Shown here: positions 11,975-25,113 of the stretch, piece after piece
How the letters are laid out: every line of letters starts with the position of its first letter
Position numbering within the stretch: the first letter of the stretch is position 1
Assembly (NCBI RefSeq): GCF_018350175.1
Contig: NC_058368.1
Location: 32,490,001 to 32,554,000, forward strand
DNA length: 64,000 nt
DNA from: Felis catus
Lineage: Eukaryota
Direction of reading: 5' to 3'
Translations under genes and position numbers: made by a program
Notes under the pieces: model-generated
What the model was told of the DNA's origin: nothing
The model's database searches: none
Seen by the model: only the letters and a program-made list of their open reading frames with translations

Positions 11975-14900
11975 GAGATAGAAAGTAAATTCCAGAATTT
12001 AAGATTGACTGTGAGTGCCAAAAGTTTTAGTCATGACAAATTTGTAATATCAAAAGATGAATTAAGATACTTGGAAAAATGGTACAGTTGAAACACCTTC
12101 AAATATCAAAATAATATTTCTTATACTCTTATTGTTTGTCAAAAGTAGGGGGATGATAATGTAATATCAGAGAAGGGACTAAGATATGGGAAGAAGATTG
12201 AGGAATTTAAGCTTACAAAATCTGTGCAGAAATCTCCCTGGGAAGTGAAGTTTAGAGTTGACAACACCTGATTTCATGGCTTTGAGGAATTCATGTGTAA
12301 AGAAAATCCCTCAATTTAGTGGGCTGCTTCCTCATTTATCACTTAGGATACTCAAAAAAGGATATGACCAGAGGAGGAGGAAGCTTGGTATTTTATAAGA
12401 TGTGTTATAATATTAAATTGGCCATGAGTAGAGACACAAATGTTTTGAGAGTATAATAAAAAGTGATCATCTTTGTGTAATGAAAGTGGTATTTGTGCTA
12501 CCATTTATGTAGCCTTTTAAAAGTCTAAGATCAAGAGGAATTCCAAGGATACACAGAGCCACTAATGTTCAAGTTAAGATCATTGTGCTTCCAGACTGTG
12601 ATATAATTGATCATAAAAATTTTGTCAAAATTTATTTAGAATACGATCCTTTAGGGAAAAATAAATACTGGGGAAAAACTGTGATTTTCTAACATATACA
12701 TGATCAGATCTACATTTTAGGAAAATATACTCTTAAGATGACTGTTAGGCTTGTGAGCTCTACTTCTCATTTCAGCCTATGCTATGTATGGTTTCACAGA
12801 TCATTAGTTGCCTAAAAAACATCCATCTCCTACTAGAAAGAGAGCTCTGATGTTCAGCTAGGAAATACCTCCTGGAGTAAAGACTGCATTGCCAACTTCC
12901 TTTCTGCATGACTATGTGATAAAGTTATAATTTATTAACTTCAAGCAAAACATTTTAAGACATTGAAAGGGCTACTTAGGGGAGCTAACTCAGTCAGAAG
13001 GGGTCTCCCCCTTTATCCTTCTCTCTCCCCTTCTTCAGGAATGTAACTCAGATGTGATAGATAGGTACCTACCTAGGTTTGGACCATAAAGTGACTTTGA
13101 GGATGGAAGCCACTCATCACATATTTTGATTTATTTTTAACATTTTAATTCGATACTAAATAGACTTTGTGGGTATGGGTAGATGCATGTGGGATGTATG
13201 TGTGTGTATTTGTATGCATGTTTTTGAAACATATACTGCTTTCTAAATATATATATATATATTTTTTGTATTACTTTTTCTTACATATAGACAAAAAATT
13301 AAAATAGTAGTGGGTTTAAGAAAATAGAAGTGTCCCTCTCTAATGTAAAATCCCCGAAGTTGTCAAGCCAATATGATGGTTCCATGGTGTCTTTTGCCAC
13401 CATGGCTTCAGTACTTTGCTCCAGCAGTTTTGTGACTAACTATTGGAATCTAAGCTATAGGGCTTGGGGAGATAATGGGGGGGAAGTGTGAACATTTTGA
13501 TTTGTTCTAAATGAGAAAATACATTTTATTATTGAATATCAATATAATTACTTTTATCCATAAAGAAGATACTGTAAAGCCTTGGAACAGTGCAAGAAAA
13601 ATAGTAACATGAAAGAAATTATTTAAATAAAGTTAGAAATTTATTCAAAAAACTGTTTTTTAGTTATCTATAACTGCCACGAATTCAGAGACTATCTTTC
13701 ATTTAGGCTATCTCAGTGATTTTGGCATGGCTACTTAAATGTATAATAAAGGTCAGAGAGACATATAGTCTGTGCAGACATAATATTAGCAACTAAAATG
13801 CAATTCAAGATGAAAAGTAGGTATATGAAAACAACCTCAAGAAAGGAAAATTGATACTTTTAAATAACCTCTTTATTAAAAAATGCTGACAGTTTGACTC
13901 ACATCAGAAAAGCCTTTTAAGGGAAATGTCTTTTAAGCCATAAACCACAAACCTAAGCCTTACACGGATGTTCACAGCTGCAAGCCTTTTCTAGAATAAA
14001 AAATTCTTGTGTGCAATCTTTCATTAACTCTTTTCTGTCACAATTACAAGCATCCAAAAAAGCGATGAGCAATAAAAAACAATGTAAAAACTCTTTGGAT
14101 TAATTTACTTGGATTTATAATTTCTTTGAAAAAATTAATTTAATTCCCATTAATAAAAATCTTTACATTTTATGGTATTTATAGAGATGTTAATTTTTTT
14201 AAACTGAAAAGACTTTCTACATGCTTTCCTGTCAATGTGTTGCCATTTATCATTAGTTTATGTTTATGGTCTGTTAGTCAGTTTCAGTCCATGTGACAGT
14301 ACTCATATCTAAGCCAATTTCAATTAATTTCTTAGTAAGATTTTTGAAACACAGTGTCAACTGATTTATTAAAACCATTTTTACAACAAATGAATTAAAC
14401 ATAGTCACTAATTATTTCAAATTAAGCAATCTATTTTTTTTGACATTACATATTCTCCAAACTTTTTTCCTACACTGATTTTTATTACATAGTACTTTTC
14501 CAATTCTTTGTTTCCTAAATATGCAGTTGTTGAAAATAACTTTTATTGATCATCAACAAATTTTTGCCTCTCTTCCTTATTAACAAAATCCAAAGTTTGT
14601 TCAGGTATCTCAACTTTGTTGGATTCAGGATACGTGTAACACAGTTCTCAACCAAAGGGTGGGACTACAATTTTGTCTCATCCCATCGTGAAGTCCAATT
14701 GCATATGGCAGTGAAAAAAATATGTAATGGTATTTGCAACAATTTGGGCAATATAATTAATGAAAATATATTGAGAATAATCTTGAGAGTGGTTTTACTT
14801 GTTCATTATGAGATACACTCCTCTTTTGAGTAGATATTTTCAGTTTTACATATGATTCCTAGTATTGCAGTAGTTCCCTTTATAAACCATGAGAAAAGTT

Positions 14901-15379
14901 ATTCTAGAAAGAATATTCTGAGAGGGACAATTTGAAAAAACAGAAAGAACTTGGAACTTGGAAAACAATGTTGAGCCCCGTATAAATCATAATGGAACTT
15001 TCTGGTTTCTAGAATTTTGATATTGGTTAAAGTAATTTCATTTAGATTTTTGTTATTAAGGCTATGCACATTATTACCTATATCACAGTGGAACATAATT
15101 TTATTGTAATCATCCTTTGTCCACAAGAACTTTGTTCTATGGCATAAAAATGTCTTGGCTTCCAGAAAAAGACAAAATCCCAAAACCAATGTGATCTACA
15201 GTTAATATACAGTGTCTGTTAAGTGTTCATAGAATTAAAAGGCCTATGAATTCAAAAGGGATCGTTATAAGATCAAATAGCATATTATAAACTAACTACA
15301 TAAGAATAGAAATAATTATACTAAAGAAAAATAATGTGGCTGTTCATTAATGTTTAATATGCATGTCTAAATGTGTAGG

Positions 15380-15795
15380 TCCACCAGACAGACACTAGCC
15401 CTATGTAATTATTCACATTCATATTTAAAGTAATTGGTTTAAATTAAAATTAAAAATTTAGTTTCTCAGTAACATTTCAAGTGCTCAGTAGTCAAATGTG
15501 GCTAGTGACTCCCACACTGCACAACATACACATAAAACATTTCCATCATTGCAGAAAGTTCAATTGGACAGCACTGGTCTAAATCAAGAGTCAGCAAGCT
15601 ATGATTCACAGACCATCACTTATTTTTGTAAATAAAATTTGCTGAACACAGCTATGCCCATCCATTTATTTATTGTCTGTGGAAGCCTTTATACAACATT
15701 GGCAGAATCAAGAACTTGCAACATAGACCATATGGCCAGCAAAGTCTAAATACTGATAATTGGAATCTTTAAAAAAAATTGCTGAATTGCTGGGC
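15380..15795. mobile_element. hAT-Charlie DNA transposon fossils: MER3-like (~15380-15578) then MER58A-like (~15586-15795)
   Basis: catttcaagtgctcagtagtcaaatgtggctagtg...ggacagcactg; then gtaaataaaatttgctgaacacagctatgcccatccattt...ccagcaaagtctaaata. Confidence 0.75.
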
Positions 15796-15914
15796 CATGG
15801 TCTAAACAATAGTCTAACTGTCATAAACATATATTGATATAATAGCTACATGTAAATATTTTCTTCAAGGGTGACACAAAATGCTTTTTAAACACTTTTT
15901 TCTTTATTCTTTAA

Positions 15915-16121
15915 AGTTTATTTATTTATTTTGAAAGAGAAGGAGGAAGCATGCATGAGCAGAGGAGAGGAGAGAGAGAAGGAGAGAGAGAGAATCCCAA
16001 GCAGACTCCATACTGTCAGTGCAGACCCTGGTGTGGGAGTTGAACTCATGAACTGTGAGGTCATTACCTGTGCGCATATCAAGAGTCAGACACTTAACTG
16101 ATTGAGCCACCCAGGCGCTCC
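15915..16121 (-). mobile_element. Can-SINE
   Basis: Reverse SINE ending gattgagccacccaggcgctcc. Confidence 0.93.
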
Positions 16122-17999
16122 TTGTTTATTCTTTAAACAAAACATTTGAAGAACGTAATATATATTTTGAATCATAATATATATTTTTATTCCTCAGTCT
16201 TCATAATATTCTGCATAAAAATTACACCTTTGTTCATATTTGGACATATAAAAATTAAAAAAGATGAACTTTGATTTAAAAGTAAAAGATACTACCTTAG
16301 ATTTTGTTTGACTTTGGCATATTTCACAAACACATTTGTCATGTAATTTGTAGAGTTTTTATTTCTTCCAGAAGGATTGCCTTTGATCACATGTATAAGA
16401 AATCACTTTTCATATTGCCAATCTTTAGCAATAATGCGAGTTTAAAGAGAATCACTTCTTGCACCTGCTAACTGCATATCTGTAGAATGTAAATTGCCTT
16501 GGATGTATACTTTTGTCATTGTAAGAAAACCAAAAATCTCTTCTGTATTCTGAATAATCAGAAATGCTGTATAATCAGAAGAGTTGATTACAAGTGAAAT
16601 TGACTTATACCCACAAATGAAGTATTTTAGGAATTTCTAAAATTATAAGGATTATGTTTTTTTCCCCCAATTTCCTATGATTTAGACATCAAGTTTTGCT
16701 TAGAAACTAATTTTAAGGTCTGTTTAGAAGGCAGTATATGCAAAGTGTCACTGGAAAGAGCCAGAATGTTGTAGAAGGTTGGGAAGAATTATCATTTATC
16801 ATCACTTTAGAAAATACGATGTATTGATTAAGAACTTCAGTGTTTCAGTCAGACTTCCATGTTTTGATTTTCCATTTCCACTTTTCTCACTTGCTAGCTG
16901 GGTAAACTAGGGCAATGTGTTAGGGTACAAGTTAAGACATGGTAACAAACATACAAAAAATTGCGGTGACTTAGCTAAGAGAGATGATTACTTCTAAGTT
17001 ACATAATATTCTAGAACTGAGCAGTCCACATGATGGCACACCTGCCCAGTAATGTGTTTCACAGCACTAAGAATCATTTTGTTCATTTATTCATTTAGAT
17101 ATTGCCCTATTCTTCATGGTCAAAATAAGACCATGATGAAGTCTGCTTTTTCAACCTGCAGAAAGAGTTACGAAGAATAATTGTGAGGGTGAACAATTTC
17201 CTTTTGACCAACTTTAGCATATCACTAACAGTTGTATTCCATTGGATAGAACACAATTAAATGTACATAATTATCTTCAAAGAAGAATTGGTGTTTTACC
17301 TAGCTAACCAAGTGTTTAGTTTGCGAAAATCGTGTTGGAGAGCCATTGTTTCATGTTTCACAATTTTCTTGTCTTTACATTGCATGTATTCATGGATTTG
17401 TTGTCAAGCAACAATGTGAGTACATGCAAAACCCTTGGACAGGCACCTGAATCCTTGATACCCTTATGTCTATTTCTATTTATGCAATTACTTTCTTCTC
17501 TGAACTGCTTTGGTATACTAGAGATTATAAAGAGGAATAAAAATGCTTTATTTATTAAAATTGTGTTTTTCAATTTTGTGATGATGAAAAAATTAATGAT
17601 CAATATTAAAAATAAGTAACCAACTTAGTGATTTGGGCTGATCGTCATTTGGATAATTTTATAAGATTTTATTTTAAAAATAGTTTAATTGGTGTTCCAA
17701 TATACCACTCTAGTGCCTTTTGCTAAATTATTATATTGCAAAGGAATATTTCAAGTAGGTTGGGAGAATCATTAAACTATTAAGAAAACATAAAGTACTA
17801 TGAGCGTTTTGAAAATTCTGGGTAAGGCAGATGAAAATACATGATTTTATAATCAAAATTTGATAATAGTTGTAGGTGAGAAAATAACAGGATTTTAATT
17901 TATAAGACAAAGGACAAATCACAACAGACTCTAGCATTCTGTTAGCGGAAACTTTATTTAATGTATTCATGGAATTTAAATTTAAGAGTTAAGTTCTTA

Positions 18000-20900
18000 G
18001 CTAAGGAGCTAACCTGCTCACGCATCATCAGGTTCTCATCCTGGAGAGCCAAGAAAAACCCTGTTGCTTCTGGCAGAGGGAAGGGAAAAAGTAGCCATTC
18101 TGAAACAGCCCAGGCGCGCTCTCCATCACAAAGGTCTAATCAAGCGAAGTAAACACTTAACCTGAAACTTATTCCTGGATAAAATAAAAATATCCTATTC
18201 CAGCACACACTAGCCCTCCAGTTTTAACTAAGGTAATAAACAAATGTTGAGAAACATTTGTGAGGAGCCTGGGATATGGGAGAAGACAGATTTAATTGTA
18301 AGATTATAGAATATTTTACCTCCCCCCTCAACACTTACTACCACATCAACAGGGCCTCAGTATAACTGGATTATAGCTAAAAGACCTGCAAGACAAGGAG
18401 GAAGAGGAGTTATGGATATCCAAAGACAAAAGGGGAAAAAATCAGAACACAAGAGAAGTTTAAACCTCTCACATATACTACTACAAGAAACATTAAACAG
18501 CCTAACTCCTAGCCAGATTAAAATAAACATTTACACTAAGGCATCCTCAGTCAAATCCCAGCAAACTCTTCTTTGGACATAGAAAGTTTATATGAATAAC
18601 CAACATAATATTGAGGAAGGAGAACTAATTTGGGGGAGTGACACTACCGACTTCAAGACTTACTATAAACAACCATAGTCAACACAGTTTAGTATTGGCA
18701 AAAGAACTGACAAATAGATCAATAGAACAGAAGAGAGAGTCCAGCAATAGACTCACACTAACTGATCTTTCAAAAAGGTACAAAGGGATCTCAGTAGAAA
18801 ATGGATATTCTTTTCAGCAAAAGTGCTAAAAAATTTTTAGTTTGTAAGTGTGTAAGCAAGAAATAGATGGATAAATAGATCTAATCAAATGCCTTACAGC
18901 TTTCACAAAAAACAACTCAAAATGGATCATTGGATAACAGGACTAATTTTCAAATTTAGTATTATAAAACTTATTAAAAAAACATAGGACAGTATCTAGT
19001 TATCTAGAGATTGGCAATAAGTTTTTAGATGCAGAACCAATGTCATAATCCATATTATGAAATATTGATAAGTTGATCTTTTCATTAAAATTAAAAACTG
19101 ATTTAAACTGATTTAAGACACTGTTTTAAAAAAAGTGAAGACAGGGGCGCCTGAGTGGCTCAGTCGTTTAAGCGTCCGACTTCGGCTCAGGTCACGATCT
19201 CATGGTCCGTGAGTTCGAGCCCCGTGTCGGGCTCTGTGTTGACAGCTCAGAGCCTGGAGCCTGCTTCAGATTCTGTGTTTCCCTCTCTCTCTCTGCTCCT
19301 CCCCCGTTCATGCTCTGTCTCTCTCTGTCTCAAAAATAAATACCATTTAAAAAAAAGCAGTTAAAAAAAGTGAAGACAACTAGAAATTTGGGAGAAAATA
19401 CTTGTAAGCACATATCTGAAAAGTACTTGTAACCAAAATAGTTAAGATCTGTCTTAAAACTCAAAGTAAGAAAAGAAAACAAAATAAGAATAAGGCAAGA
19501 GATCTAAACAGATACCTCACCAAAGAAGATATGCTGATTTTAAATGTCTATGAAAACATATTCAACATTATTTTTCATCTGTGTAATTAAAAGTACAATT
19601 CGATACCACTTTATATCTTTTAGAATGGCTAAAATTAAAAAAAAAAAAGACAACTGACTATGCCAAATGCTAACAAGGATGTAGAACAGCAAGACTCTCA
19701 CTCATTATACATTGAAATGCAAAATTCTACAGCCACTTTGGAAGATACTTCTGCAGTTTGTTACAAAGTTAAACAGTCTTATCATGAAATCCAGCAAAGT
19801 TGTCAGTAGGTATTTATGCAATTGTTTTCAAAGCTTATGATCACATAAAAATCTGCAGACAAGTATCTATTGCTGCTTAATTCATAATGACCAAGAACTA
19901 GAAACAACCAAGATAATCCTTTAATCGATGAATGGATAAACAATCTGTAGTATATCCTTACAAAGGAATATCAGCAATAAGAAAAAAAAATGAGCTCTCA
20001 AACCTCAAAAAGATTTGAAAGAAACGTAATCAAATACCACCAACTGAAAGAACAGAGTCTGAAAAATCTACATAGCATGTAATTCCAATGATATGACATC
20101 CAGAAAAGGGAAAAAATATAGGTGCACTAACTAGATCATCGCTTGGTGTCAGTGGCTTACAGGAGTAAGGTGATAAATAACTTATTTATCCTTATGGAAA
20201 CCTTATGTTGGCAAAAAATTTTTTTTGGTACCCTAATGCTGGATGCATGTCATTATGCATTTGTAAAAACCCATAGAACATAAAAGCATAAAGAGTGGAC
20301 CTTAATGTGTGCAGCTAAAAAAAAAAATCACTTAGGAGGTGGGAGAACCAAAAAGGAATAAAGATCAGAGAATTCAATTTTATTACAATATATTGAAAAA
20401 AACCAGAAGAGGAGCAGGAGATAAGGTGGGGGCCAAATTAACTTTGGAAATGAGTAGAATCTGTAAAATTAAAAGCACAAATGAACTGTATTTTAGTTGA
20501 TAAAATGTTTCCCATGGTGTACAGCTTACAAAGTAATACTGGTATACACACTGGAATACTGGAACTGAATTTGAAAAAAATGGTAGATGGTGGAAGTTAA
20601 GTTTCCCACTCTTAGAATGGGAATTTACAGATAAGCCATAAGAGGAGGCTAGAAAGCTCTATGTGGTAATAGGTTAGAGTTTGAGACATCAGGAAATATT
20701 GATGTTTAGCTTAATCTACATATTAACCTATAACATATTGTTATATATAAGAGTACTTACAGATATGTGTTTATGCATGCTTTAGTATACACACGTTTTT
20801 CTGTGCCTGTCTGCTGAAAAACCTAGAAGAAATGAGACTCTAGGAGCAGCAAGCATTGTTCTCACATCAATATCTTAGCTTCCAATACCTTTCCTCAATG

Positions 20901-21156
20901 AAAGGAATCAGTCTTCCTTACTGAAATAGCTTATTCTAGTACTAGGATAGGAAATACATGGCAAGCATGGGTCACCCTACAGCATCAGAAAAAAGAAAGT
21001 GTTAAGAAAATAAATACGTACACGAGCACGCATTGATGGAGGGGCACATCAGTGAGCACAGGAGTCAGGTGAAACACATCCTCATGGTCAAAACTGAAAG
21101 GAAGAATTTGAACAAATATCCAGAGAACTATTACCCAAAATACAAATAATAATAAT

Positions 21157-21205
<49 letters not shown>

Positions 21206-23650
21206 ACATGAAAATTATGAAAATCAAATCAAACTCAACAATATGTAAAAAATAGGATATCATTTACCTATTTTACACATATTTTAGCACATGGCAAAAT
21301 GGAGTTACCCCACATATTCAAGGGTGGTGTAATATTTTTAAATCAGTCAGCATGTTAACATTAATAGACCAAAGCATAAAACCACATGATCATCTCAACA
21401 CATACAGAAAAAATAATGTGTTTAAGTGGATCCATTCTAAATAAAAACTTTTAGTAAACCTGAAATAGAAACAAACCTTTTAACCCAATAAAGGGCATCC
21501 ATGAAAAACTGAAAGCTAACACTATATTTAATTGTGAAAGTTTGAATAGTTGAATTGTTTTGAATAAAATAGTTGAATATTTTGAAAGTTGAGTTTTTAG
21601 GGGGAACCGTAAAAAAGAACCAGATAAAGGTATCTGACCTCAAAACTTCAGCTCAAATTGTCCTAAAAGTTCAACCTAGCAAAATAATCCAAAAAAAGAA
21701 AAAAGAAAAGAAATAAAAACAATGAACATTTAAACGGAAAAAGTAAACTATATTTATTCACAGATTACATGATCATCTAGGTAGAATCCTGATGGAATCT
21801 GTAAATCTTACCAGAACTAATAAGTTATATTAGCAAGGTTGTAGAATACATGATCAACATACAAACAGCAATTGTGTTTCTATATACCAGCAGATATGAA
21901 AATCAGAAATTAAAAGAAAATCCTATTTATAATACAATTAATTTAGTGAAGTGCTAAGGGATATATATGACAATAATGCAAAACCTGTACATTGAAGAAA
22001 TATAAGACTGCTGCGAGAAACTAAATATTAGATTTTGAGAAAAATAGAGACACACCGTGTTCATTGATTGGAAGATTCAGTATTTCTCAGGTAGCAGTTC
22101 TCTGTAAACTGATCTGGAGGTCCAACAAAATCCCAAATTCATATGGAAATTCATATGTCTTGGAACAGCCAAGTAAACTTTGAAAAGTGAAAAACAAAGA
22201 TGAAGGACTAACACTACCTAATTTCAAGACTCTTAAAAGTTAAAGCAACCAAAGCATTTTGGTATTGGTATAATCATAGATGAATGGAACAAAAAAGAGT
22301 TCAGAAGTAGATCTATTTGCATATAGACAACTTATTTTTGACAAAAGTTGAAAGACATGTAAATGGAGAAAGAAAAAAAATTTCAACAGTTGTGCTCGAT
22401 TAGATGAGTATCTGTATATAAAAAAATGAACAGCGACAAGAATCTTACACCAAACAAAATATTAATAATTTGAAATAAATCATAGGTTAAAGTGTAAAGA
22501 CTTAATCTATAAAATGTTTAGAGGAATACATTCAAAAATGCTGTGTTAGTCAAAGATACCAAATATGTTTCTATGTTTATACAAAATGTTTATGTTTTTG
22601 TTTATACAAAAACAGAGAAATTGATAAATTGGACTTCATCAAAATTAAAAATAGTTTCTATTTGAAAGACAATTTTAAGAGAATGAAGAGATCAGCCTTA
22701 AACTGGGAAGAAACACTTGAAAGTCATTTATTCAATAAACAACATGAAATGCAATTACATGTGTTGTCCTCAAATTCAGTAACAACTCAATAGAAAGTGG
22801 CCAAAAGATTAGAACAGGACTTGACCAGAGAAGATACTTGGATGGCAATTAAACACTTATAAAGATGCTTTCCATCATTGTTCATTAAGGAAATGAAAAT
22901 TACAGACAAAATGAAATGGTACTGCATAATTATTAGAATAGTTATAATTTCAAAAGACTGACTATATTAAAAGAGTGAGAATATGAAAAAACTGAAACTG
23001 TCATAAATTGCTAGGAGGAATGTAAAATGAAAGAACGCTATTGGAAGTCAGTTAGGTAGTCAAAAAAATTAAACCCACATTTACCATATTATCTAATCAT
23101 TCATTTATAGGCATTTTTGCAAGAGAAATGAAAGCATAGACCCACACAAAGACTTTTTAGAGATAATGCTTATAGCCATATTAATTGCGATAGGCAAAAC
23201 TGAAAACAGCCCAATAACTATTAACAGGTGAATGAATAACAAATTGTTGTATATACCTATGGTAGAATACTATTTAGCCATAAAAGGAGTGAACTGGTAA
23301 CGTACACTACAACACAGGTGAATCACAAAATAACTAGCTGATTAAAAATAAAGAAAGAATACATACTGCATGATTCCATTAATATAAAACTCTAGAAAAT
23401 GTAAATGAGTCTATAATGAGAAAGCATATTAGTAGTTGCCTGGGCACAGGGTAAGGAGGAAGAAAAGTACAATAGGACATGGGGAAACATTTGAAGGGTC
23501 TAGATATGATCATCATCGTGCTTGTAGTGTTGATGGTTTCATGGGTGTAAATATTGGTGTAACATTATTGGAAATGTTTGTTAAATTGTACTTTATTGAC
23601 AAATCATTGTATGTCAATTGTTACTCAATAATAAAATCAACCCAGGAAAA
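18000..23650 (+). mobile_element. Composite block of old L1 (L1M-type) ORF2 and 3' UTR fragments
   Basis: Long runs of degraded L1 text (acactaccgacttcaagacttactataa; aaattggacttcatcaaaattaaaa; catactgcatgattccatt). Confidence 0.8.
19144..19362 (+). mobile_element. Young Can-SINE
   Basis: CpG-rich, near-consensus; TSD aaaaaaagtgaagaca on both sides. Confidence 0.96.
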
Positions 23651-23919
23651 AAAAATGATGTGTACATTAAAGAAATTTCCTTAGAAATAGAAAAGTAACC
23701 AGGTTAATAAACTCATATATTTATCACCAAATTTTATCATTATTATTGCATGAAACTGGAAATATTTTTGGCAAAACTGTAATTTCTGTTACATATGCTA
23801 AAATGTATAAAATCAATAAATTACAATAACTTCAAAATAGTGCCACACTGAAATAAAAATAAAATTTTAATTTAAAATTTATGTAATAGAATTACTCATG
23901 ATCATTAAAATATGTTCAC

Positions 23920-25113
23920 CAGGAAAGAAACTATCTAATTATGATTTTGTAACAAAAAAATGTAGCAGATAAATTGTACATTTGGATCTCTCATTGCATC
24001 TGGGGTAAACTAGCTGAACAAATAAAACTACTTGGAAAAGTTAATGTGTTAGTGAAATTGCAGATGGGCTTTTTACCGCTTAACATTATGCCATTCATGC
24101 CATTTTGATACATTATAAGAAATAAGAGCAAAAATAGTAAGTCTATATGAAACAAAACATTTTTGTCCTCTCTTTGTACAAATATATCTGAGAGAGTAAT
24201 AAATAGAAAAAATAATAAATAGAATAATCAATCACATAAATATTTTCACTAAAATGCTACTGGACACCAGGATACTATGAAGAAAGCAAAATAATGTAAA
24301 TACGTTTAACAAAAATCCAATCCCACTACCAGACATTTTGCTTGTGGCGAGGATCTCATTTTCTAGAATTTCTCTGAAAATTATCTATCATGTTCATTTT
24401 TAAAATAGAGTGTATTATTCTAAGCAAAATAAGTCAGTCAGAGAAAGACAAATACCATATGATTTCACTCATACGTGGATTTTAAGAAATAGATGAATAT
24501 AGGGGGAAAAAAGAGAGGGAGGCAATTCATAAAAGAGACTCTTTCTTAAAAAAAATAAACTTTATATACTTATTTTGAGAGAGGGAGAGAGAGACAGAGA
24601 GAGAGAGTGTGTGTGCACACATATGCTTGAGCAGGAGAGGGAGAGAGAGAGAGGGAAAAAGAGAATTCCAAGCTGGCTCTGTGCTGTCAGCAAGGAGCCT
24701 GACACGGGGCTTGATCTCACCAACTGTGAGCCACCCAGGCATATCAACAGACTCTTAACTGTAGAGAAAAAGCAACGTTGCTGGAGGGGATGTGTGTGGA
24801 GGGATGGACCAAATGGGTGATGGATATTAAAGGGGGTTGAGCACTAGGTGTTATATGTAAGTGATGAATCACTAAATTTTACTCCTGAAACTAATATTAC
24901 ACTATATGTTAACTAACTAGAAGTTAAATAAAAATTTGAAACATTAAAAATAAATAAATAAAATAAAATAAAATAAAATAAAAAGAATACACAAAATTTG
25001 GAATGTAGGAAATTGTAAGCAATCTCAAGAAAATTTCCAGGTTTTCAGACCTTACTTACTTACAGATACAAAGTAAGTGTATTTTATTCCAACAGATTCC
25101 TCAATAAAATGCC
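23920..25113 (-). pseudogene. Exons 25064-25113, 24330-24373, 24077-24142, 23920-24013: first half of START repeat 3
   Basis: Phase-compatible chain HFIEESVGIKYTYFVS|RNSRK*DPRHKQNV*|LTIFALISYNVSKWHEWHNVKR|*FTPDAMRDPNVQFICYIF. WHEWH fits a degenerate R-x-x-W-D START motif. A probable 1-nt frameshift lies in the A7 run near 23954-23960. Confidence 0.65.
24410..24985 (+). mobile_element. Carnivore L1 3' end with (TAAAA)n tail, containing a minus-strand Can-SINE (~24545-24742)
   Basis: ctaagcaaaataagtcagtcagagaaagacaaataccatatgatttcactcata...gatgaatcactaaattttactcctgaaactaatattacactatatgttaactaact plus A-rich tail. Confidence 0.9.

Larger units (their letters stand above)
13903..16479 (-). pseudogene. 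Exons 16296-16479, 15078-15136, 14109-14123, 13903-13990: second half of START repeat 3
   Basis: Acceptors ttctacag, ttttatgccatag, ttttttcaaag, ttttattctag. Reads MQLAGARSDSL*TRIIAKDWQYEK*FLIHVIKGNPSG...VKQNLR|TKFLWTKDDYNKIMFHCDI|EIINP|KKAC.. The two 3'-most exons have alternative donors and are less certain. Confidence 0.55.

Noticed and set aside
16340..16400. KGNPSG resembling viral RdRp motif B (endogenous viral element idea)
   Set aside because: Lies within an intron-bounded exon chain; no RdRp motif A or GDD in register.
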